Source: the human T2T-CHM13v2.0 reference genome, Homo sapiens
Assembly: GCF_009914755.1 (NCBI RefSeq)
Contig: NC_060943.1
Length of the DNA stretch: 64,000 nt
Direction: 5' to 3' (one strand)
Below the pieces are notes generated by a model. The model worked only from the letters and a program-made list of their open reading frames with translations. It searched no databases and was not told where the DNA came from. The translations under genes were made by a program, and so were the position numbers. Shown in pieces: positions 32,000 through 46,462 of this stretch (position 1 is its first letter; the number at the start of each line of letters is the position of its first letter).

Positions 32000-33450
32000 T
32001 GCTATTCTAACCACTTTAAGATGCACAATCAAGTGAAATTAACCACATACACAGTGTTAAATTACCATCACCACTATTTTTCCTAGAAAATTTTTATCAC
32101 TTTAAACTGAAACTTTGTATCTTTCAAACAATACCTCCCTGTATGTTCCACCCTAGACTTTGATCATCTCTACTCTGTCTCTATGAATTTGCCTATTCTT
32201 GATGTTTCATATAAATGGAATTATACAATGATGTTATTTTGTTTCTGACATATTTCACTTAGCATAATGTTTCCATAGTCCATGCATGTTCCAGTGGGTG
32301 TCAGAGCTTCATTCCTCTTTATGGCAGATTAACATTCTGTTGTATGTGTCACCATATTTATTTATTCATGCATTGATGAGCACTTGGATTGTTTTCATAT
32401 TTAATCTTTTGTGAATAATGCTGCAATCAACACTATCATGCAAGTACCTGTTTGAGTCCTGGATTTAATTCTTTGGGTATATACCTAGGAATGGATGTTG
32501 TTTCAAATGAGAATTATATGATTAGCTTTTTGAGGAACAGCAAAACTGTTTCTCCTAGAGGCTGTACCTTTTTATATTCTCACGAGCAATATATGAGGAT
32601 TCCAAATTCTACATAATACTGCTACTTGTTATTTAACATTTTAAAAGAATGGTAACCAGTTTTGTAGATGTGATGTGGTGTCTCATTGCAGCTTTGACTT
32701 TGTGTTTTCCTGATGACTAATGATGTTGAGTATCTTTTCATGTCCTTCTTGACTCTTTGTATATCTTCTTTGAAGAAATGTCTATTTGAGTCTTTTGCCC
32801 ATTTATAAATTGGATGATTTGTCCTTTCTTTATTGAGTTGTAGCTAGTTCTTTATATTATCTGAACATGAAAACTGCCTATATGTGGTTTGCAAATATTT
32901 TCTCTCATTCTGTGTCTATTAATTACTTTCTTGATAATTTCCTTTGATGTACAAAATGCTCACATCTTGATAAAGCCCAATATATCTTGTTTTTCTTCTT
33001 TCTCATGCTTTTGTATCATATCTAAGAATCCATTGCACATTTGAGGTCATCAATATTTACCTCTATGTCTACTTTGAGATGTTTTTATGGTTATAGGTCT
33101 TATATTTAACTCACTGATCAATTTTTTAGGGAATTGTTTGATACGGTGTGAGGTAGAGTTATCTAAATTCACTGTTTTGCATGTGGTTATCTAGTTGTTT
33201 CTGCACTATCATTAGAAAGGAGAATTGTTCCTCCATTAAGTTGTCTTGACACTCTCTTCAAAGACTAATTGACCATAAGTGTGAGGGTTTGCTTCTAGAC
33301 TCTCAATTCTATCCCATTTGTCTTTATGTTCATTCTTTTGCCAGCAGCTTGTTTTAATAATTGTACTCCTTTGTGAGATTTCAAATAAGAAAGTTCAAGT
33401 CCTACAATTTATTTTGGCAAGATTCTTTTGGCTATTCAGGGATCCTTTTT
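32000..33450 (-). mobile_element. Old L1M fragment
   Basis: Typical antisense L1 3' region motifs (atttcacttagcataatg, ttctttgggtatatacctag). Confidence 0.75.
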
Positions 33451-33758
33451 TGAAAGGTGGGGAGGCGAATGTTTCACCATTGGGAAAGCCTTTTCTGTCT
33501 TCTTCATGGGGAAATTTGGGAGAGCCTTTTAAAAAACTTTATCTAAGTAGGTAAACTGTCACCACTTTATTTGCTGAAGTGCTATGTTAAAGTGTGCCTT
33601 GCCTCTTGTGGAAGAATTGTGAGACCCTGGAAGCACTTGCCCACGTGGTGAGAGACAGTGAGTTCCACGATGAGGGGCAGAGAGGACATTGTTTTGGGAT
33701 ACAATGTTGTTGGGGGAGGTGTATACATCTCAACTTCTTTATGTCTCTGTGCAGTGGG

Positions 33759-34760
33759 TGTAGGGAGCAGCCCCACAGGGTCGGTGGGTTTTTCTCCCCA
33801 TGTGCAGAGATGAGAGATTGTAGAAACAAAGACACAAGACAAAGAGATAAAAGAAAAGACAACTGGGCCCGGGGGACCACTACCACCAAGACGCGGAGAC
33901 CGGTAGTGGCCCCAAATGCCAGGCTGTGGTGATATTTATTGGATACAAGACAAAGTGTCAGGATAAGGAGTGTGAGCCATCTCCAATTATAGGTAAGGTC
34001 ACATGGGTCACATGTCCACTGGACAGGGGGCCCTTCCCTGCCTGGCAGCCAAGGCAGAGAGAGAAAGAAGAAAGAGAGAGAGAGCTTACAGCATTATTTC
34101 TGCTTATTACAGACTTTTAGTACTTTCACTAATTTGCTACTGCTAACTAAACGGCAGAGGCAAGTGTACAGGATGGAACATGAAGGCGGACTAGGAGCGT
34201 GACCACTGAAGCACAGCATCATAGGGAGATGGTGAGGCCTCTGGATAACTGCAGGTGGACCTGAGTAATGTCAGGCCCTCCACAAGAGGTGGAGGGGTAG
34301 AGTCTTCTCTAAACTCCCCCAGGGAAAGGGAGACTCCCTTTCCCAGTCTGCTAAGTAGTGGGTGTGTTTCCTTGACACTGAGGCTACCACTAGACCAAGG
34401 TCTGCTTGGCAACAGGCATCTTCCCAGATTCTGGCGTTACCTCTAGACCAAGGAGCCCTCTAGTGCCCCTGTCTGGGCATAACAGAAGGCTCGCACTCTT
34501 GTCTTCTGGTCACTTCTCACTGTGTCTCCTCAGCTCCTATCTCTGTATGGCCTGGCTTTTCCTAGGTTATGATTACAGAGTGATGATTACTCTAATGTTG
34601 GAATAAAAAGTAATTCCTACCAACTAATGATTAATGATATTCACATATAATCATATCTAAGATCTGTATCTGGTATAACTATTCTTTTATATTTTATGAT
34701 ACTGGAACAGCTCATGCCCTGAGTCTCTTGCCTCAGCACCTGGGTGGCTTGCCGCCCACA
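33759..34760 (-). mobile_element. Solo LTR13 (HERV-K HML-4-type LTR)
   Basis: Minus strand begins TGTGGGCGGCAAGCCACCCAGG and ends CCCTACA; 1002 bp; 6-bp TSD AGTGGG at 33753-33758 and 34761-34766; AATAAA at 33940-33935. Confidence 0.88.
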
Positions 34761-37700
34761 AGTGGGCACCTCCATTGGACACAGTAGGTTTTGAAATCCT
34801 TGTTTATCCTCTGGGGTCTGGGTCTTGGCTTACCTGTTAGCTGCAGCTGAAAGAGGTGTCTGCTAAGGCAATGACACCTGTGGGGAGAAGAAGGGTTCAG
34901 CAGAGTGAAAGCAGCTGGGGCTCAGAAAAGCCAGGAAAGTCTGACTCTTAGAAACTGTGGGTTAGCAGATGGGTGTCCTCAGGGGTAAATGGGCCATGCC
35001 AGTAGCCACTGCAGTGGACTGGAAGAAGGTAAGTGATGCTGGGTATCCCATGTTCTGTCTCAGCTCTGCAGCTGAAGATTTGGGCCCTATGCTGGTACGG
35101 CCCTGCAGCAGGGGAAGGGTACACAGGAATGGCTGCATATCAGGACCAAGTCCATGTCATCTTCTTAGGCATTGTTACTGCAGATGGAGGATTCTGTTCA
35201 GAGACCTGGCCTGGACACATGGGAGGGCCCACCCCATTCTTTTAAAATTATTTTAAGAGAACAGTATTAGCAAATGTGGTACATGTTTTATTCTGCTAGA
35301 ATCAGCATTACTGTCACGTTTTACAACGTATCTCTTAGGAAATCATGAGAGCCATCCACACAATGTGGATTTAAAGGGGACTCTACTATAATTTCAGCTT
35401 TCCTACTCTTTATAGAAACCATCTTCTCTGCAAACACACAGGCAATATCTCTGTGTTCATTTCTATTGGGAGCCCTGTATGCAAGGTGGAGAGAGCCACA
35501 TTTCCCCGTGAGATGTTATGTAAAAGTTTGAGGTTGAGATGACATATCTGACACTCTGTTGTTACCCTCAGAAGCTACTACATGTGAAATTCTAATGACT
35601 GCATTATCCTGCCAAATGAAAGAGGCATGCATGAGCAAGGACAGTTAAGAGGGGCGAGAGCCTCATCATGATGGGGAGTCTTATTTTGACATCTTGGGGA
35701 GAACTGTCCACAGTGTGAAGTCATCAACTTGTTGTCCTGGTTTACAGTTTGAGCATCTGTTGTTATGCTGTCCAACATTTTGGTGAGTTCTGAGTGGCTC
35801 ACACTTCAGGTACAAGAATTTTCCCATGAAATTTACATTGAGTTGTCCTCCTCCCACTTATAGGGCTTCTGGAACAGAGTGGGTCTTGGTCTTAGTGATT
35901 CCATGGGAGAAAATGGAATTGGAGGAACTAGTAGAATTCAGGGTAATGTCCAGTCTACAGGTGAATAATAAAAACACAGAAACAATGAACAGAGCTGCAA
36001 TCTCATAACCGGTATACTACAGTTTTTATTTTCCACATAATTTTTCTCTCTATGGGCATCTCTAGTTTTACCAATGATAATTTCAGTAGAATAAGTTTGT
36101 TTGCAAAATAAGTTGAGTTTCTTCAAACATAGTCTGATTCTTTACATAAGTGCAGCAAGAGTAGCAATGAGCCAGATAGGCTCTCTTTTAAAATTTTCTT
36201 TGCTCTAAGTTTTTATAAGGAATCTGAGATTAGACTTTTACAAACCTCTTGAGAATAGGAAGCCAAACCAAGGCTGACTTCAGACTTTGCCTGCAGTTCA
36301 TATTGGTTCATTCTAAATATATTCTTAAATATAACAACCCAGTCAAAGCCTTGGTAATATAACAAATGATTTCAAATATGTCCTGTTAAAAATAGAGCAG
36401 ATTGTTACTGTACTTGTGCAAATATGTGTATTACCTTAAACATATCAACACTCATGAATAGTTGCCCAATTCTGGGGCAGTCAGCTAGACAGCAAAAGTA
36501 AGTGTTTCAATTATTGTTCCCAGAAGTATAGTTTATTGAACTGCTATAAGCTATAGATAGATTAAAAAAATTCCATGAATCTAGAAAATAAAACATTTAA
36601 AGAATCAGCAAATTTTCAAATAAAAATCTTAAAAACATTATCCTCATTATGATCAATTATTTCAATGAAATCAATGTTTTTCCTGCTTGGTAGGCTTAGA
36701 ATTTTCTGAAGATATCAGCCTGTTTGTTAAAGGTTTGTAAGTTCTTAGACAGTCCAGTGGTATAATCTGAAAGTTATCAGAAACTTGTATTAAAGTCTAC
36801 TTGTCAGCATCTTTTCCATAAATCTCCTTGAAAAGGAAGCAATTTTGGACTGTAGCTGATTGGAAATGCTTTGAGGAAGAATAAAAACAACGTGTGTGAA
36901 TGACAAAGATTTTAAATGACTATGGTTAAAACTCTGATGAGAATTCATTATGATAACACAGCTCACATAAAAAGTTCGTTACTTCTGTGGTACATGACAT
37001 TATGGCTGATAACATAATTAATTTCTAGGAATCTCATACAATTTCTGGAACAATCATATCAGTAACATATCCATAAATATAACATAGAGAAGGTTTAGCT
37101 TCCTTTACTACTTATGATTTGAAAATGCTTTTCAGATAATTTTACATGTCAAATAAAGTGGCTTTTCCATGTAGCTTGTGTTTCTCAACAGGATTATTGA
37201 GTACTTGGTGGAGGACATTAATGAATAGGGCCAAGAAAGTATAGGCTTATGTATGCTGAAAAATTTCCCTAGATAATTCCAATACTCCCAGCTAATAATC
37301 ATGAAATTAGGTCTAAGTTTTACCTATTAGAACAGCTGTTCTTTATCCTGGTTACACATTAGTAGCATCTGGGAAGACTTAAAAATTACCAATGTCTGAG
37401 TCTCACTTTAGACCATTAAATTGGATCCTATGGGTGGGGCTTGGGCATCCATTTAAAAAAACGTTTTCCAGTGATTCCAATGTGTAGCTGTATTTCCCCT
37501 CAGATTTCTCTGATTTCTTTTGGCATTCACTTTTTTCTATTTTGGTATTATAATTATTTTTCTGGTCTTATCATCTATCTTAGGCTTTATGTTCCTTGGG
37601 GTAGAAACCTTGCTTCTTCGTTTCTGTATCTTTCATGAACGTATGAGAGGGTCATCAGGAAAATGTTTTCAGTCACATGTAGGTTGTGTTCTGAGTCTCA

Positions 37701-38414
37701 GGTTTTCACATTAATGCTGGAGTCATTGTTCTCTGGGAGGTCAGAGGTTGCTTGTGATGAAGGGTATGGGTAAGCCCATAATGCAGATGGTAGATGGGAG
37801 ATCACCCTGTTTTTAGCCATAGCACTGGAACTAAGCATTCTATGTGTATATCAGGTGGAGGGGAAGGGATGTGTAGAAAGAGAGATTTAGTTACAATGGG
37901 GAATTACTCTAGGGAATAGAGGTAATGGAAGCAATACAAATTAGTAAAGAGAAGAAATGTGAACTTATCAAATAGGCAAGAGTAGATCCCTGAAGATTTT
38001 TGAATAGGGGAGTTAACTAGAATTTAGGAAGGTAATAAGGCAGTCATACACAAGGAAGGTTTCAAAAACTGGAGATAAGTCAAGCAGTACCTCTAGCAGT
38101 TGTTGAGGTTGTGGGAATGGAGAGAATGACACAAGTGAGAGATGTTAAAAAAAGGATCAAGAGGGTGTTATAAGGTATTGAATCTGGGAGACAAATGAGC
38201 AGAGGCTGAGGATAATCATTTGTAGGAGACAGTGGGGTACAGGGAGCATGAAGAACAGGGGAGAAGAGACCTGCAGGAATGAGTGCTGAGAAGCAGGAGT
38301 TTAGTGGGAGGAGGAGGAGATCCAGTCCCAGATATGGGCAAAGAAGTCCTTTCCCTCTCCCAAGCATGGCAGTCAGCCCTGCAGGAAACAGGACAAAAGG
38401 AAAGGCCATCATAC

Positions 38415-38542
38415 CTGCCAGTCTTCCTGAAATAAACTACACCAGGGCTGGTAGATCAGAGCCACACTGGCCAGTACTCCAATCATGATGCTGACAGTGG
38501 CTCTACCTGAAAGGCCAGGACAACTTCCTTTCACTGAAGTAT
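38415..38542 (-). pseudogene. Pseudogene membrane (GPI-signal-type) exon, CEACAM8/5/7-like
   Basis: catgacag|...CAG|gtatga; DTSVKGSCPGLSGRATVSIMIGVLASVALI then TAC where GPI CEACAMs stop. Confidence 0.85.
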
Positions 38543-40356
38543 CTGTCATGGAAAGAAAAGAAGAGAAGGAATAAAGGTGATGTTATTTTACAGTGTGGTA
38601 CCTTAGGAACCATCACTAAGTATGAAGTAGTTTCTACTTGTTCCTTTGGGGATTACATTAATTTTGTGGGAGGGTTGCTGGTAGATGATTAGCCAACTAT
38701 ATTCTTGCAGATTTTTTCTCTCTCAATGTGTTTCTAGGTTAGTGATCAGTCTTCTGTCAATTTCATCCTGACCTTGCTCACTCAGATATTTTTGAAACCT
38801 TTATGATGTGAGAAAGGCTGACTGCTATTTTCTGTGTCATTAGAACTTTCTACCCTTCCATGGTTGCATCTTTTTCTCAGTGTGTCAGTTGTGGTAGGCA
38901 TGAATAAGACTCTGTCAGATCTCCATGGCAGCTTGTGTTTCTCAAGAGGATTACTGAGTTCTTGGTGGAGCACATTAATGAATAGGGCCGAGAAAGTATA
39001 GGCTTATGTATGTTGAAAAATGTCCCTAGGTAATTCCAGCACTCCCAGCTAAAAATTGATTAATTAATAATCAATTGACTTGATTGACAGAAGGCCCAGA
39101 TCAGTGCATCCCAAAATGACAACCTACTTTACATAGAGTCCTCACTTTCCTGAAGCTCCCAGCAGGGAAATGAAAGCAAGCCCAGTTCTATGAGACTCTG
39201 TTTTATTCTCCTGGGTGACTGGTGGGAAGACTCCCCATCAGTCTTCTCATGCTCTGTTTGAACTGTAGCTAAATCTTCTTTCTCTTTTGCCTTCACAGGA
39301 ATCAGATTTGCCTAGTGGTCCCAAAGCTCCCCAGGCTTTTTTCATGCCTGCCCCACTTTCCCTCACAGGCATTTTTCCTAATACATTATCCTGCATGTCT
39401 AATCTCATCTTGGATGCATCTCAGTGGGCATAAACTAACATACCAGGTTTGATTTTTTTGCACTTAGCTTTTTTCTCTCTCTCCCACATGTAGCCAGTAA
39501 CCATGTCCTAGTGTTTTATGTGTTACCTCTTTTTTCATGTGTATAGAAAAAAATGTATATTTCCATATACTTATTTATACATAATATATATAATAAAATA
39601 TGTAATATAAAATGTATAATAATGTAAAACATATACATATTTTCTATATATGTATATGGAAAAAGAGGTAACACATGAAAAACCAGGACATTTACATATA
39701 ATAAAATTGACATATGTTATATATGTATGTAGTGTCTGGTAGTCTTACCCTCTCTATAAATACACAATTTTTGTCACTGCCCCTTCCTTCCTTCCCATGC
39801 ACAGCTCCCATGGCCAAATGTCCCTATTTCTCAAAGTGTGTGTCACTCACTGTCGTCTGTGCTGTGTCCCATGTGCTGTGTCCACAGCCTCCTAGTGTTT
39901 TATGTGTTCTCTTTTTCTATATATATGGAAAAAGCATATACATATTTCTCTCTATAGATTTATATACAATATATAATAATCTAAAAATATAGAATAACAA
40001 TTTAAAATATGTACATATTTCCATATCTATGAAAAAAGGTAACACATAAACACTAGGCCATTTATATATAAAATCCACATATGTAATATAAATGCCAATT
40101 TTATCATATATAAATAAGTATATACAAGATACACTTAACATATATAAGGTAAATTTGGAATGCCCTGACCAGGGCCCTCTGTCAGTCAAGTCCCTGCCAT
40201 GGAGGCCATTCATGGCTGCCACAACTGAGACACTGAGAGAAAGATGCAACTATGAAAAGGTGAAAAGTTCTAAAGTCATAGAAAATAGCAATCAGCCTTT
40301 CTCACATCCCAAAACCTTCAAAAATATCTGAGTGCAGCATGTCCAAGATGGAATTA

Positions 40357-42115
<1,759 letters not shown>

Positions 42116-42955
42116 TACATAGTGTCTGGTACTCTTACCCTCTCTGTAAGTACACACTTTTTGTCACTGTTCCTTCCCTGCCATAGAGAGCTTCTGTGAG
42201 TTAATCTCCCTATTTCTCCAAGTGTGCATCACTCACTGTCCTCTGTGCTGTGTTCCAGGAGCTGTGTCCACAAACTCAGACAGGCAGTGACTTCAGAGCC
42301 AGGACACAGCCCTATTCCCATTTTTTAAAGCCTTACCCATGGGAGGCTTGGCTTCTACTGGCCGCTCGATTTAGCCAGATTCAGAACAGGCCACCCAGGC
42401 ACCTTATCCACATGCCCTAGTCCCAGCCCGGGTGGAGTCAGGGCAGGGTCGGTCACTTGGCGAGCCCACAGCAATGCAGGGAGCAGAGTCTGGGCTGCTT
42501 CTCCCTCAACAAGGGGCTTCCTCCTCTCATTTGGGAAAAGGGTGGGCTTGTTTTGAAGACTCTGATGTTCATCGCAGCTCATGGAGTACACACACACAGA
42601 CACAGACACACACAAAGGAGACAGAAGGGATGTTTTGGTGACAGAAACAGCTTGACCATGAGGACCCTCCTCTTTCTCCCTCCATGAAGGCCCTTATACT
42701 GCATAGTGCTTGGGGCTGATACAGCCATTTCCCTACATTTCTCAGGCTGGACCCAAGGTCATCCACCAGAAATTTGGAAAACAAAGGGAAGAGAATCTGT
42801 AGATATGAATTGGGAGTGTTCAGGAGAAAAATTTGGGATTTACTTTTGTGCATGGGACACAGGCTGAGAATAAGAATGTTTTCCTGGCTCTTTCTTGGAA
42901 AGCCAGATAGGCTTCACCTGAAAGCGTATTGCCAATGCTCCAGCGATTCACTTAC

Positions 42956-43210
42956 CAGGGACTGTGATTTTCTTGGTTGCGAAGTTTTTGCCATTAGTGA
43001 CTGGGTTATGGACATAACACAGATAGTCCCCACTATTCTCTGTAGTGACTTGGGGGATAAAGAGCTCTTGTCCTGTTTGCTGGTTATTCCCATTCAGCAG
43101 CCAAGAATACTCTGCTGATGGGTTAGAGCCCATGAGGCAGGAGAGGTTGAGGTTTGACCCTGGATAGTAATAGGTGTCTGAAGAATAAGTTGTGGGTTCA
43201 TCTGGGCCAT
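42956..43210 (-). pseudogene. Pseudogene B-type Ig exon, open frame
   Basis: 255 nt, ctccag|...|gtaagt; GPDEPTTYSSDTYYYPGSNLNLSCLMGSNPSAEYSWLLNG...YLCYVHNPVTNGKNFATKKITVP. Confidence 0.9.
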
Positions 43211-43597
43211 CTGGAGCAAAGAGAATAATGCCACAGGTAATGTTATCAGAGGGAATGGGAAGCTCCTGGTCTGTGAAAGGGACACAATGTTCCTTTTTGC
43301 CAAGTCACAACCCCGAAGTCCCAGCCAAACTTCCTCTGTGTTCACTGAACTGGAGGAGTCTAAGACATTCACCTGTTTCTCCCATCACAAGTGTGAAACC
43401 TGAGTCTCCTAAGACCAGAGAAGCTCCTCCCTTCCTGGGCCTACCCAGGTTTGCCTGGGGCAGGAAGTCATGGCCAGCTTGGGGGTCCAGGGGTAAGTGT
43501 CTTCATACTTGGACCTGAGAGGGACTGAGAGGCCTGGCCTCGAGTTATGTGGATTTGGGCTGGCAGCCTTGTCCATGAAGGAAAAGAGGATACTCAC

Positions 43598-43856
43598 AGA
43601 GAACATCCAGGTGACTGGGTCAATTTGGCTGGTACTCACTACATTCTTGCTTTGACATTCATAGAGTCCTGTGTCACTCCGAGTAGAGCAAGGACCCTGT
43701 TGTCATTGGACATCTGCAGCCTGGAAATGACTGTGAGTCTATGACCATTTACCCACCACATGTAGATTGTGCCATGAATCTCAGGTTCACAGGTTAAGAC
43801 CACAGCCTCCTCATCCTCCACGGGGTTGCTGGCAACATAGGGCTTGAGCAGATTTG
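43598..43856 (-). pseudogene. Pseudogene A-type Ig exon, frameshifted
   Basis: AG/GT intact but 259 nt (279 minus deletions of 9, 10 and 1 nt); NLLKPYVASNPVEDEEAVVLTCEPE...LGVT then frameshift; TAG at 43641-43639. Confidence 0.9.
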
Positions 43857-45714
43857 CTGTGCAGATAACAGAGAAGATTCCCCTGTGTGGCACCGTTGAT
43901 TTCTCCATGAGCATTTTCCAATCAGAGTTGACATCTCCCACCTCTCAGCCAATCCAAGTCCTTAAAAGCCCACAGCAGGACTGTGTGTCAAAAGACAGAT
44001 GGATGCATGATTATCTGAGGGCTCAGAGACCACGGGGCCACCTGCTCTGTGTGGGAGATGCACAGACTTCTGAAGTGTGACTCGAGCAGCAATATTGGTG
44101 AAGTGTGAATTGAGCAGGGTCAAACAATTAGAGTTTGATTAACTTTGTTTAAATTGAGCAGAGTCCAAGTGAGGCAGCAGTGGCTCATGCATCTCCCCAC
44201 CCGAAGGACCTCACCTTATGACAATGTTGTTATTATGAATACACAGGTGTGCAAGAAACAGGCAGTAAATCAGGCAGCACCCACCTGGCCAGCTCCACCT
44301 GGTCCTAGGAACCACCAGTATTCCCATTATGTGTATGTTACAGCTTTTTAGGCTACAAAATATAAAATACAATCACAGAATATAAAATATGCTATTGTCA
44401 ACACAAAATATTGAATATGAAGCTGAATATGTTGTTCCACTTTTTCTCACTCTTGTTAAACTTTGCTGATTCAGTTTTGGAAGTTTCTATTGACACACAC
44501 TTAAGCTAGAGATTCTTTCCTCAGCTGTGTGCAGCCTACCAGTAAGCCCATGGAGAGCATTCTTTATTTCTCTTAAAGTGTTTTTAATCTCTAGTATTTC
44601 ATTTGCTTCTTTCTTAGAATAGTCATCTCTGTTTAAATCACCCATCCATTCCTGAAAGGTGTCTCCTTTTTCCATCATAATCCTTAACCAGAGTTGTTTT
44701 AAATTTCCAGTCTGATAATTTCAGCATCCCTACCACATCTGTGTCTGGTTCTGATCCTTGCTCTGTCTTTCAAACTGCATTTTTTTTTTTTTGCCATAGT
44801 CTGTCTTGTATTTTTTTGAAAACCACACATGATGTACTGTGTAAAAGGGACTTGAGTGAGCAGGCATTCAGTGACATGGTGGTGAGTGTGGGGAGGGAAG
44901 TGTTCTGTGGTTCTGGATGAGGTCTGTGTCCTGGGCTGTGAATGTCACAAGTGCCTCTCAGGTTTTTCTTTCCATTAGGTGGGATATGATGACTTGAGGC
45001 TGGAGTTGGATATTTCCCCTCCCCCTGGCCAGTTAAGCTCCCATCAAACCCCAGCTAATTCGGCTGCAGTAAAATAGTTTCTCTTAAATGTAGGTCTTAC
45101 CAAGAAGAACATAATTCACTGACAACTTTCCAAGTGTTTTTTTCCCTTCTTCCTACAAGAAGGATGTGGATTCTTTTTGAATATTGACTGTGAGAACCTG
45201 GTAGAGCTCCAGGAGCTAAGAGTCATAAAACTGTCCCCCTGCTCCCAGGACTAATCCATCCACTGTTGTGTTTATCTCTGCGCTGTGTCCACACTGAGCC
45301 TCCAGAATTTCCTCAATTAGAGTTCAGGTTTTCTGACCCCAGCACTGGTTCCCGCTGGGGTTTCTGTGCCTGTGTTTCTGCTCAGGTACGGTGCGCTGCT
45401 CTGTATTTGCCTGTGGGTCTCTCCAATATGTGGGCCAGTTAGCACTGAGATCTTGCTTCCTGAGAAATCTAAACGAGTTGTTGATTTTTCAGTTTGTTCA
45501 GCTTTTTACTTGTTGTTAGAACTGCGTGAAAATTTTTAAGCTACTTACATGCCTGATGGAAATTCGAAGTCTCTAGGGCATGACAGGAGGATATGAGCCC
45601 CACAGCAGGTTGAGGATGGAGTCATGAGTGAAATGGGTGAAATGAGCCCGTGGGCTTTGGAAACTGCAGATCTGTCCTTCTGCCTCTGACCCCCTGGTGA
45701 GTCCATGTAGAAAG

Positions 45715-46462
45715 TGAAACCACCATTGCAAAGCATATGATGGAGAGAGGAAGCTAGCTTGGCTGCCCGCATCTCACCTCTAGCCTCAAACTGGCTCTCT
45801 TCTCTGATTCCTGGGCATAGGCCAGGGTAAGCATGGGAGGAATTTATAGTTTAACTTTGAAGCAAGGATGATAATAGTCCCTCCCTAAAATTAGCTCCTC
45901 CTTGTCGGGGGCTACCTTGGTAAATCTAAGAAAAGACCACAAATTATGGGAGGGGCCCAAATTCTGCTAAAATGTAGGCATAGTTTCTATAATCCCTTAC
46001 TGCTCAGGAGTCATGTGTCCAGAGGTCACAAGATTTGTGACTTTCCTAGTTGCTCCTATAGATAGCAAGACTACTGTAGAATCTGAGATTTATCTTTTGA
46101 GATGTTTCTCAGACTTTTGCATTCTGGCAACCAGCTGACCTCATCTAGACTCATGACCAATGGCTCAACCAGTCATGTAGTCCCCACTCAGAGGCAGATT
46201 CAACAAATACATACCATTTTCCTACCTGCATCATTTCATCTCCAGCCAGTCAACAGTACTTATTCCTTAGACCTTTGCCCCTTCAAAGTTTTTGAAAAAA
46301 TCTAACCTCTGAGCCATTGGGGAAGCTGATTTGAGTCATGATAAACTTCTGTCCTCCTGTTTGGCAGCCTTGGGCTAAGTAAAACTATTCTTTACTACAC
46401 ATCACCTTCACAATAAATTGGCTTTGCCTGTGCAGAGGGCAAGAACCTGTCAGGTGATTGTA
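45715..46462 (+). mobile_element. LTR8-family LTR (LTR8B-like) at the homologous intron position of the pseudogene
   Basis: Starts TGAAACCACCATTGCAAA like LTR8; same flanks as the PSG11 copy. Confidence 0.78.

Noticed and set aside
42948-43133. ATG-initiated ORF in the pseudogene B exon as an independent protein
   Set aside because: No promoter or leader; starts after the first Ig cysteine.
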